From assembly GCA_907165135.1 (NCBI GenBank), contig OU015568.1, positions 6,634,001 to 6,698,000 of the forward strand: DNA of 64,000 nucleotides, read 5' to 3'. This stretch comes from Oikopleura dioica (Eukaryota > Animalia > Chordata). How positions within the stretch are numbered: the stretch's first letter is position 1; every line of letters starts with the position of its first letter. This document shows positions 33,801 through 45,272 of this stretch, piece after piece. Under the pieces are notes generated by a model. The model searched no databases and had not been told where the DNA came from. It saw only the letters and a list, made by a program, of their open reading frames with translations. The position numbers were made by a program, and so were the translations under genes.

Positions 33801-36800
33801 GTGAAAAACAAAAACGAACTTGAACATGTTTTTTCCTCTGACTCGATGTTTCGTCTTTTTCTACTGTTCTCAGAAGAAGAGTCGTCAAAAGTTATCGCAT
33901 CCCTAGAAGAACTAGGAATGAAATCAACCATTATTGGTTTCTCGTCAATAATTTCTTCATTGGCAAAGGAAGCGCATCCAGAGTAGCAATCCTGCTCCTC
34001 AGCTCGCAAAAGATGCTTTCGACCATTTATAATTGTCGTTGGACACCCTGATCACGGTTTTTGATTCTGATAAAAATACAATAGACTATGAAATGGTTAA
34101 AACCGAAACAGAGTAGCTAGAAGATAAACAAGTAAATTTTCTAGTTCGTTTTCCTCCGTCAATAGAACATTCGCACGCTGTCCATTCTGACCAACCCTGA
34201 ATCTTTTGTTCTTGAGTGGTTTCGATTTTTTGTGTAGTCGTAGATGTCGAAGAAGATTCTGTTGTTCTTCTTGTCGTGGTAGTTGTTGGAGGTAAATTTG
34301 AGCCTGGAGAAGGCCAAATAAGATCAGCACTGAAGGATGAGTCAACTGATTCTGGAAGAGGCCACACAGGGTCTATTGAAGACTCTGTTGTTGTCGTTGT
34401 TGTTGTGGTAGTTGTTGGAGGTAAATCAGAGCCCGGACGAGGCCAGATAGGATCAATACTGAGAGACGGGTCAACGGATTCCGGAAGAGGCCAAACAGGG
34501 TCTATCGAATTATCAGACGGTACTGTTGTTGTGGCTTTTGTTGAGCTTGCTGCTTCGCTAGTTGCTCGTGGAGGCGGGAAAACAGTGGCGATATTTTCTC
34601 CGGTGATAGGTTGGGGCCAAATTGTTGAAGATTCTGTCGCTTCTGGTTGTTCTGTTGTTGTCGTTGTGGATTGTTTTGTAGAAGTCGTTGTTGTAGTCGT
34701 AGTGGTAGATGTTGATGTAGTCGTAGATGTTGATTTAGTTGTAGATGTGGTCGAAGTTGTCGAGGTTGAAGTTGTGGTTTCCACCTTCTGATGAGCTGTA
34801 GAAATCATCCTCTCAGAAGTCATTCCTTCTTCTGGCATTGAAGTGGAGGACTGATAACCTGGTGGTTTCGGCCAAATGGATTGATGAGCTTGAGTTACGA
34901 TCGGCTCCCAAGTTTGAGTTGTGATCTCTGCAGCAATAGTTTTTGCCGTCAAAGTTGTAGATCTTGTAGTCGATATTCTTGTTGTGATAGTGATTTGTTG
35001 CTTTTGTGTGGTAGTTGTTGAAATTACGGGTTTCGATGTCAGATGAGGATCATAATCAGAAAACTGCTCAAAATATGGATGGCTGTCTGATCTAGGCGGA
35101 ACATTTGAAGAAAAACTACTTTCCTCAATGATTGGATCATTTTTATGAAAAAATTCTCGAGTCACTCTTTCCTCCTCCTCTTCTTCTTCAATACAGTCAG
35201 TCCCGATCTTTGTCATGATCAGCCTCCCTGTTAGCGTAGAATTTTCAGTATTTCGATAATGAAGCATAATTTTGAACAAGCTCTCCCCTTTCAATTCGAC
35301 CTTTCCACCAAAGCCCACATAATTCTAAAAAACTTACATTTAACGACGAGATCATCAGATTCAACGCACGCCAAATCGGAAATGTTCAATCGCGCGGTGA
35401 TGAGTTTCGTGGTCGGATTCACGAACCGGATGAGAACTTTGTACAGTGGAATCGCGTTGGGAAGAGGTTTCTCTATTTCCCCGTGGGTTACCACTGCTGG
35501 CTGGGTTAAGGAAATTTGTTAGATTTTCTGGTTAGTGAGTTTTTAAGGTACCTGAATGTCTGAGAGCTCAGCATAGCCTCGGAGAGAAAAGTCTGGGAAG
35601 AGAGCTTTATCGACTCCGTATCGAACATGTTCTCCAGAATCGAGATATCCATCCTCAGCCTCGAATTTGTACTTGTACAATGTTGGGAAATACCAGCCAG
35701 ATTCGACATCGTCACATCTTCGACCTTTCACGTGATCTTTGCAAGTACATTGGCCATCGTTGGCTTCGCATTGAGCGAGAGCTCCTCCTTGAGTTCCGCC
35801 AACATCGCAAGAGCAAGGAACGCAGCCGAAGTAGTCCTTTTCTTCCAATCCATAGAATCCATCGAGACATTTGGAACATTTTCTGGTGCAGACATGATTT
35901 TTGCAGTTGCACTGTCCGTCTGAGGAAGCGCAGTCTTTTATTTCGTTGAGCAAACCAGCCCGGAAACAACCGCATTCTTCGCAGCCGTCTGGATTGCTTC
36001 CTTGCAGATTCCAGTGTTTGTTCAAGCACTGCTCGCAGTACATGCCCCCAGTAGCTCTCTTGCAAGTGCAGCTTCCAGTTTCGAAGAAAGAGCAATAGGC
36101 CTTGTCAGGGTTGGCGATTCCATCAGGATGGCAAGGGCAGCTTTTGCACTCCGGAAAGTTGAAGAAGCCCAGCGCGCAAGAGTTGCAAGTTCGCCCAGTT
36201 GTTTGAGGAAGGCCGAGAGAAGCTGTTTCTTGCGATGTTCGGCACTGGCATTGTCCGGTAACCTTGTCACAATAGGCCGATTCTGCGCCATTGAGATCGC
36301 ACTCGCAGGCTTTACAAAAGCCACTCTCGTCCATGTAGTAGTTGTCAGCGCACTGGTCGCACCTGACACCCGAGTATTCTTCTTTGCAAACACATTGGCC
36401 GGTGTAAATATCGCAGGGCTCGTTCTTAACGCTACCGATCTCTGAGCAGGTGCACTCGCCACAGTCCGGGAAGGTGTGGTACCCGGCGCGGCATTTTTCG
36501 CACTTGGCTCCGTCAAATCGCTCGTCGCAGAAACAGGAGAGGGTGGAAAGAGTGGAATTGCAAAACTCTTCAGTTGTTCCGTACTTTGAGCAGAGGCATC
36601 GATCGCAAGCGGGGTAGTTGTGATATTGTGTAGCACATTGCTCACAGCTATCACCATCAAAAGCTGGTTTGCAGACGCAGGCGCCAGTTTCCTTGTCGCA
36701 CGGGGCTGTTTTCACTGCTCCAGGCTGCTGTGCGCACTCGCAGGGAACGCACTCGGGGAAGTTGAAGAAGCCGTCGGCGCATTGGTCGCACATTGGACCA

Positions 36801-38918
36801 GTGTAGTTTTCCTTGCACTCGCAGATTCCAGTTTCTTCATCTGGTCGGCATTGTCCGGAAGCTTCTTCAGTCGATTTGGTTCCCGCGTAAAAGCATGGGC
36901 AAGGATTGCACTCAGGAAAGTCCATGAATCCTTCGGCACAAGAGTTGCACAAATGGCCAGCGTATTTCTCCTTGCACTTGCAGGCGCCCGTGTCGTGATC
37001 GCAAGTAGTGTCGGTGTAGTTGCTTGGGCAGTCGCACTCGAGACAGGCGTTCTCGTCTATGATTTCAGCAGCTGGATTTCTGTAAAATCCATTTTCGCAC
37101 CGTTCGCAGTTGATGCCAGTAGTGTGGTGTTTGCAGTCAACGCAGACTCCGCCACCTTCATAGATGCCATCGATGTTCATGGAGCGGCCTTCGCGCTCGA
37201 CGTTTTCGTCATAGTAGCACGCATCAGCGTGTTGATGACAGTTGCACGCGACACACTCGTTTTCGTGGTCGCGCTCGGCGTGTTTCCATTTCCGCTGGTT
37301 AAAGAGCGGCATGCATTCCTAGTTTCATGGGCTCCAAAAATGTACAATTTCAAACATATTGTACGTAATAAGAGGAAGTTCAGAAGTTCCACTACCGAAT
37401 TCCTAATTAACTATTTCGTCATGACAAGTTCAGCTATTTTTGGATCCCTTTCCTGGCAGGAAATTCCAGCAGTGTTGTGCTTGCAGTTGCATCGAAGCTT
37501 GTAGTCGCCAGAGTTCTTGTCCGCTGAGCACTCGTCCGCGTGACCGTTGCAGTCGCATCTGCCGCCGATGGAGATATCCTTGATCGAGTAAAAATATCGT
37601 CGCGTAACTGACTCGTCGTTTTCCATGATTCCCATCAAATGGCCAAGAAGAGTTTTCGCCAGCTCAAATCGAAGTCGAATCTTGCGAGCTTTGGTCCACG
37701 CTTGAAGAGTAGGACTGGACCAGAAGTTGACAGCACCAGGTCGACCCTTGATCAGCGAGACGATGATTTCTCCATTCTCGAGCGGCGGAATTTCGGAAAA
37801 GTCAGAAGTGCATCGAACCTCGTCATCGATAGAAACCCAATCGTTGGCGCCAGTGTGTTGAATTCCAAAGTTCGGGGGACAGTCGCTGCCGTGGTTGGCG
37901 AAGTATTGCCAGGGATGGAAGTTTTCTCCGTCCAGCGATCGTTCCAAAACCCATCGGCCAGCGCGAGGAGAGTTGGCAAACTTGATCACAATGTAGGCAA
38001 CATGAAAGACCTAAAAACAGTTGAACTTTTTGTATTCCAAAAGAGAGCGAAAAAGACATTTCGCACCCGCAAAAGATGAATTACGCTTCCCTTGATTGAT
38101 CTCCCACGAGCTAATCATCCCCCTTTTACGACGAGTTTACCCCATAGTCACGTCACCAATAAACCCATAATTAAAAGGACCCATAAATAGGTTGAAAGGG
38201 CGCTTAGAGTGCTGAATTTCCATTCTTCCCTTTTCCGCAACAATAACAATCGGCCCCTTATTCGAGGCTTTGTTCGTCAATAGAGCGGGTTTACTCGAGT
38301 CCCATTGAAAATTTGCACAGTTGTTATTGTTTTTCATCCCTTTTTAGGTTTTCCTGGGCAAATTTGTCTTACAAAGGATTGCTCAAAAAGCTGGTTTCTG
38401 AGACAAAACTGTCAATTTACTTTTGAAAGTTCGAAAATTCCACTCAAAAAGTTGACTCAAATTTATTACCTGTCCAAGATCGATGGTGACATTGACCTTG
38501 TTGAAATCCTTGTCCAGGGTATTCGAGCTGAGGGGAGGACTTTGCCACCAGTTCTCAGTTCCATCGATGGCATTCTCGATCGGATGAGCTCGGGCAGGAT
38601 TGGTATCGTCGCAGAGGTCACAGAATTGACCACCGGTGCCAGTTCCCAAGTAGCGGATGAGGGCCTCGTCGGGATCTTGAAGATAGTCGGAGCCGGCGGA
38701 GAGTTTACAAAACACTTCCGGTTTGAGAGTGCCGCATGTCGCAGTTGCTTCGATCTTCTTCCCCGTCGCCAAGTTGAAGTACTTTGGGGCGAGGACGCCG
38801 TAGTCTTCAACTTTCGTCTCTTTTGCCTGAAGAAATTTTTAATCGAGGAAAATCTTATCAAAAATCTTACCTGACTAGCAAAAGGGCCAAAAGCTGCTAG
38901 AAGCAATAATAAACCCAT
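24874..38918 (-). CDS. LAMA5: Laminin alpha chain, alpha3/5 class (LN-LE-L4a-LE-L4b-LE-coiled coil-LG1-5)
   Basis: Signal exon MGLLLLLAAFGPFASQ; LN domain YFNLATGKKIEATATCG...NAIDGTENWWQSPPLS...IKFANSPR; many LE repeats; heptad region; LG domains ending FYSLTCPV*. Confidence 0.93.
33826..35324 (-). CDS. Laminin alternative exon block B (homologous L4a segment + mucin + TSP1-like repeat + RKRR)
   Basis: Phase-0 acceptor ttttag|AAT. Reads NYVGFGGKVELKGESLFKIMLHYRNTENSTLTGRLIMTKIGTDC, then S/T/P-rich tract and WSEWTACEC...RTR. After a probable intron at 34048-34117 it continues to RKRRNIESEEKT with phase-1 donor T|gttcaa. Confidence 0.7.
35338..35500 (-). CDS. Laminin alternative exon A (short L4a segment)
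   Basis: Phase-0 acceptor cccag|CCA and phase-1 donor AAAT|gtaag. Encodes PAVVTHGEIEKPLPNAIPLYKVLIRFVNPTTKLITARLNISDLACVESDDLVVK(C). Confidence 0.8.
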
Positions 38919-39645
38919 TTTAGGGGTAATTTCTTTTTTATTTCTCCCAATAGAGGGTAGGATTTTATCAAACTCCTCCCTTCTTTTTTTCTATTTTTCG
39001 TTTTCCTCTCTTTTTCGTCGAGGGGGAGTAAAATGATGAGGGAGGACGGGAAGGAGAGTTTTTATAAAAAGGAATCGGCGCTGGCCGGGCACTCCGGGAG
39101 CGACACCTCGGACACAGCTGATTCGGGCGCCCCGCCGCATTTCAAAGAAATTTTACGCCCGTCGCAGGGAATGAACTCTCCTCTGACTCCTGCTGCGATT
39201 CACACTGCTTTGTACTTCGAAATGGTTCCTTCTCGAGTTTGGCCCAGATATGAAAAACGTATTCCTTTTGTCTATTTTGCAATTATTCCAGCCATGAAAG
39301 TCATTATTCTCATCGTGTTACACTTGTACAACATCGATAGAAAAACAGAATTACGAATTTAAAACCTTCCGTTATATTTGAACATAAATACTGGCCAGAT
39401 TCACGGCCGCGTGCGCATAATAAAGTTTGACCTGCACTTTTCTTTTTGTTACGAAATGCGTATTAGAGTAAGGCTAATCCCTTTTTTCCTAAAGTCGGCA
39501 TATTTGTTCATGCCAAAATAAGTGAGGGCATGGTAATTATATCTAACGCGAGTTGTTAGCGGACTATTTGCCCAGAGGTTAGATAGGTAGTGACCCTCTT
39601 ATTTTTATTAATAAGAGGCACAAAGTACAGCAAACAAGGACCTTG

Positions 39646-39759
39646 TAAGCTCGGCAACCTGTGTAGAAAACCTGAGTCAGGGTGTGAAATATCTTTAATG
39701 AAAAGCCGCGCAGAGATATTTCAGACCCTGACTCAGGTTTTCTACACAGGGTGCTGAGT
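39646..39759. mobile_element. Foldback MITE family 1, internally deleted copy
   Basis: Same TIR arms, short loop. Confidence 0.75.
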
Positions 39760-40551
39760 AAAAGGTACGATGAAAGTGATGCTTTATCATTCGTACTCTT
39801 AACAAAATCGAATTTCAATCAAGCCTGCTTGTTATCAGATGGAACCTGTTGCGGCAAACATTTCCCTTCTTACCAACCGCTAGCACTTTCCACCCTTGTC
39901 AGATCTTTACCATCACACACTTGTGGATATTTATTTCCACCAAGTCACAAGTTAGCAGCCAACTAGCGTTCTAAAATGATGGCTCTCCCGAGTTTTCGAT
40001 TATTTAGTTGAGCCTCTTGTTGCATCAAGGAATTCATCTTCTTTGTTGTTGCAAAGCTGCGTAATCTTTCGTGCTTCCTGCGGCGCAATTATTTTGCGTA
40101 TACGCGTAAGAAATTGAGGAGAGCAGGGATGAGCTCTAACTGCTTGGGTAGCCAGAAAGAAGAGGGCAAGGAGATGTCCAGCGCAGAGCGAGATTCTATG
40201 ATGCTTGGTAAACTGAAATAACTGCATAGCAAATGCATCATTGGAGAGAAGTTCAAGGAGCATGAACATACATTCTAAGAAATGATCATTTCTAGAGGCG
40301 CGATCTTGAGATTATCATATTTTATTCATGGCGTTACGTACTGTAATCATAATTTTCAACGAAGTACCTCTTTGACTCAGGGACAAAGTAATATTTGGCC
40401 TAAGATGACATTGTCTCTTCGAGATAACAAATTATCGACATTCTCTGATGAGCTACTACTAAACGCAGTTACAAGCATCTCAAGATTAACTTTTTCCAAG
40501 GTCAAATTTCGTAACTGTTTGAAATGCTTATTTTGATCGACAAATCCTACG

Positions 40552-40752
40552 CTAAGCTGAGCAACCTGTGAAGAAAACCTGAGTCAGGCTCTGGTAGCGG
40601 CTTTTTCAAAAACGAAGCCGCAAAGCGGCTTCGCATAATTACCATCCCAATATATTTTCGAATTTCGGCGAAGCCGCTTCGCGGCTTCGTTTTTGAAAAA
40701 GCCGCTGCGCGTCTTTTCATAAAGGATCTTTCAGAGCCTGACTCAGGTTTTC
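40552..40752. mobile_element. Foldback MITE family 1 copy
   Basis: Same arms and four sub-hairpins. Confidence 0.75.
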
Positions 40753-41765
40753 TATTCCGCTTCCCGAGCGCAGGCTCTTCTGGTAGTCCAAAAAGGTGTG
40801 ATCACCAGTCGAGATTTTTTACAAAGCAACAACTTCGCAATTAAAAAAAAGAGGGGCCCTTCTTGACCCCAATGAAAGCCGAAGAAATAGAAGAGCCCGC
40901 TTGTTTGTCTAGCGGATTGAGTAAATCTACGGCCGGAGAAAAGGTTTTTTTCTTATTTTCGAGCAAATAGTCTTGGCAAATTGTAAATAGCGGCCCGCTT
41001 CGGTGGTGCTATTTATGGAGTGGAAAATTTCCACTGGAAATTATTTATGGAGACGGGAAGAGAATTAGATCTATCACAATTATTGTCAGTGAAAATTTTT
41101 GACTTGAGGTCAAGCAATTTTCCTTCCTGCATCATGATTCATCTGTTTCTGTTATTCTTGACACGTGTGGTAATACTCGAGTTTATGCAGTATTCAGAAC
41201 AACGGATCTAGCGCCGAGCTGAACCAGCAGTTACCGGCTTCAGTTGATCCGCCCCCTGTTCGCTTGAAATCGAGGAAACAGCTTAGAGTGCGAATTCTTA
41301 CACTCCTGAGAATCTCGACTGAGATATCTAATAAATACTGTTCACCTGAGACTATAATTATCTCGCGACATTTTTTGACTAGATGCAAATTACGCGGTTT
41401 AGATAAAACCACGGCTTACGAAGGTGATATAACATTCTTGAGTAATTTTATTGGCTTTACTAAGGTTCTTTTAGTTTCAACAAGAGTTGGCGTAAATGGG
41501 ATCATATTTTGGGGTCGAAAAGTTTGAAATTTAGGTCAACAAATGGTCGATGTACGGCCTTGTTGAAGTTGCAAAATTCATTAATTGATACGAGAGTTTA
41601 TTTATCACCATGGCCCCACTTTCCTAGCTGAGGAAATTTTGTTACCTGTAGGATTTTCAGTGTAGAATTTTTGCGCAAGTCTTGACAGTTTGACAAGAAC
41701 TGAAACAAAATGCAAGGCCGGAATACAGACTACTCTTCTCAGATCAAGAACGAGTCGCAACAAAG

Positions 41766-43189
41766 ATGCGTTTTCTATTTTTGCTATATTTTTGCGAAGC
41801 AGCTATTAAAAGGCAGCAACGCTTCCAACAAAAAGATACCAGTGCTGTTCATCGTTGGGCTAATCTCTTTGGACTTCAATATTTTGGAGAGAGATATTGC
41901 ACGTAAGAATAATTTAACAATTATATGATTTATTAAACTAATAAAGCGACGAGGATCTTCACGACCAATGCCTTTCAAGATGTAGAATTGACTACGTTGA
42001 TTGTATTGCTTCATGTGGTGATTCTTCTAGCTGCCAGAGTCAGTGTCGGATAGATTTTGCAGGTAGTGCAAAATCAAAAATAAAACTGATACGATGAAGG
42101 TTGTGATGCGTCTTGTCCATGTGGAGTTGATTGTCCCTCTGGTTGTGATGGGTGCCCACATCCACTATGTGATAAGTGTCGTGATGCTGAGATTTCAAAT
42201 GAGGAGTATAAAAGCTGTATTGTCTATCAATTAGACAAACAGGTAATTCCAAAAATAAAAATCAAATGGAATTTTTATAAGAATACTTGCATCAAAAACT
42301 GCCCACCAGATCTTTACTGCATGGATCGATGCTATGATGCTTATAGGATAAATGTTCGATCATGTCCATGCATTGAGGGACAGGTATTTAAAATACATTT
42401 AACCATGATAAATATATATTAATCGAAAAAAGCATACGACATCTTTGACGAGTACCAAAACAACGATTTACACAACGACATCAACAACAACAGTCAGATC
42501 AACAACATTTCCCACAACAACAACAATGATGGTAAAATTTAATTCAATGTTTTGTCTGAAACCCACGGAATTGTCAGCCTCAAAGTTTATACCGTTTTCC
42601 CTAAAATCTACGGAATTGTCCGCTTAGTCTGTAATTATTACAGTATAATTTTTATCGTCAATTTGAGACTTATCTTTTTAACTTTTGAATTTGATCGCAG
42701 CAAAGCTTTTAACGGGATAATTTTTTAATGTAGACAACGATTTCTTATTTGGAATACACGACAAGAAGTGATCCATGTAATCCTAATCCATGCGGGCCAT
42801 GGGATTCGAATGGTTATCCCATATATGACAAAGGCGAATGCTACTCAAATGGGTCTGAAGACTTTGTTTGTTATTGCAAACACGAAGCTTGGACTGGTAA
42901 AAAATGTGAAATAACTCCTTGTACTACGTCCGAACCTTGTCTTAATGGAGGAACATGTAAGCCAGATAAATACGGCTATGATTATGAGAATGATTATCCT
43001 AATGGTTATTCATGTTATTGCAATACGGGATTTCATGGTCATAATTGTCAATATTCTGTGTGCGACAATAATCCATGTTTGAATGGTGGAACCTGTACAG
43101 AAGGATCTCAATCTAACAACATCAGCTATACATGCTCATGTCTTGAAGGATTCTGGGGAAAGAATTGTGAGCTCACAGCATCTGATTAG
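41766..43189 (+). CDS. Secreted Cys-rich repeat + Thr-rich + EGF-repeat protein
   Basis: Signal MRFLFLLYFCEA; CTDEDLHDQCLSRCRIDYVDCIASC...CPCGVDCPSGCDGC; TTST linker; about 3 EGF repeats (CLNGGTC...CYCNTGFHGHNC). Exons join in consistent phases. Confidence 0.75.
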
Positions 43190-44006
43190 ATCTCTTTTGG
43201 ATGTTTTCAACAATTTGATTCATAGTAATAAAACACATATTATTCCTGCAGATAATCATATTCTTGAAAAATGGCTGACAATAGCACGGAGTCAAGAAGG
43301 ACTATGCATTTCAAATTTAGAAAGTTCGTATCAGCTGCTTGCACTTAATTAGGACCCTCCTTCAAGGTTGTTCTCCGAGACCATCCCTCCAGATTCGTTG
43401 AATTTAATTTCGCGAAAGAATACACAGGCCATCATAATAAAAGCACAGATGACGTTGGCGTTGCATTTTTGTTGTGTAAGTTGACGTATTAAACTGACAC
43501 GGGTCAGGTGCATTGAGCGAGCGATCAAACTAAACTCGAGTGTCGGCGGGGATCATGACGGCCTGAAACTAACACTTTCGAGTATAGAAGGTGAAGGTTC
43601 TACTTAGGGTTTGCTTACTTTGTTTACAAGCGAAAAATGCTCTCAGGAGTGATAAAAAGAGAGTAGACATTGTCTCTTTCTTATTTCTCGAAAGAATTTG
43701 TGTCCTCCTTGAATTGAACTGTACTGGAATTTCTGTAACAAACAGATAAAAACTCTTATCTCGCCCTCCTAAAGCATCGACTGGGCTCCGCCCAGACAAA
43801 AGGTGAAGACGGGGTTGTTCTTGTACTGATGCAATTTTCCGAAAATAAGCAACTCCATTCCCCGGCTTAGGGAAACAATTGAAAGATAATGAGTGCTCTT
43901 ATCGCGTCGTCAGTATTATCACACAAATATTAACTGAAAAATCGGGTTCACTGCTTTTCACGAATATTGTAAAGTTCTTCGAAGAACAATAGTTCTGCAG
44001 AAAAGT

Positions 44007-44252
44007 CTGGGCTCGGTAAGCTGCGAAGAAAACCTGAGTCAGGCTCTAGAAGATATCAGATGAAAAGCCGCGTAGCGGCTTTTTAAAAAACGAAGCCGCA
44101 GAGCGGCTTCGCAAATTCTACGATCAAAATCATTTTAAAAATTCAAGCGAAGCCGCTTTGCGGCTTCGATCTTAAAAAAGCCGCTACGCGGCTTTTCATT
44201 TACTATCTTTCAAAGCCTGACTCAGGTTTCCTACGCAGGTTGCCGAACCCAG
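44007..44252. mobile_element. Foldback MITE family 1, full-length copy
   Basis: CTGGGCTCGG...CCGAACCCAG; flanks AGAAAAGT / CGAAAAGA (6/8 TSD match). Confidence 0.85.
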
Positions 44253-45272
44253 CGAAAAGACTGGAAATGTAATCGAAGATTCTGGTCGCTCTTTTTTGGT
44301 CAATAAAACTCAACAATAAAAGATACGAAAGAGCATAATTCCAATTCATGATGTCTAACCTCTGCGTCGCAAAGTCTGCATTTCTAAAAAATAAAACGAT
44401 AATTTCTCAACAAGTATCGAAAAGTTTTTAACTTGGAGCACTCTTTCTCTCTTTGGACTTCTTGTTTAATTTGCTCACAAGCACTTAGCCGACCTTCAAA
44501 GCTTTCAACAGAGCAACTCTCCAAAATGCTTGTTTTGAAACGAATCAGTGAACTAAAGATGATCTCTCTCTTTTTCGCGGTGACCTTGTGAGAGGGAGAA
44601 TCAGTGTAATTTCATAAATTACAACGCAGACGTGCGTCCTGCATGAAATCGCGAAAATCGCGAAACGGGACCGCCGCTCTCGACCGTTTCTGCTCTTGTG
44701 TAAGCTTGAACACGAAAGATAATTACCAGTTTGCATAAGAGGATGATGAAGTGACCGGTTTTAGAGAAGAGCGCGAAATTGAATATAGCAAAGTTCTTCA
44801 ACTCTGGGCGAGAATTTCTCGGCATGAGGGCTTCTAGCGCGAAAAAGTGCGACTTCTAAGCGTGCTAGAATTTCTATTACTGTATTGCTTTGTTGCTGAA
44901 AGTTGAGTTGTTGTTTTTTAATTTGAAATTTGAAAGTTCAACATGTTTTCCAAAATTGCACCAGGCGACCTTCCGTCGACCTGCTCCTCCACCGCCCGTT
45001 ACCCAATCACAGTTTACGCTTGCGTGGTGGCCCTTTGTCAGAAGTGAGTGAAACACTCCACGCTGCATCTGCAAACGCATTTAGATGAGACTACCAGCTA
45101 TGCGACTAACTATTCCTCGTCTTTTTTCGCGTTTTCTAAGCTGCTTCTTATTAGTATGTTTGCAATTTTTTTCATTTTGATCGAACCATGTTCTTGTTTT
45201 ATTTTCAATTGAGAAGTTTATTTTGAAGAGCAGAAGAAATTTTCAATGGCAAGAATTTTTGTAAAAGAACAA

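Noticed and set aside
39033-39362. 109-aa ORF divergent from laminin
   Set aside because: No homology cues or splice structure; probably laminin promoter sequence
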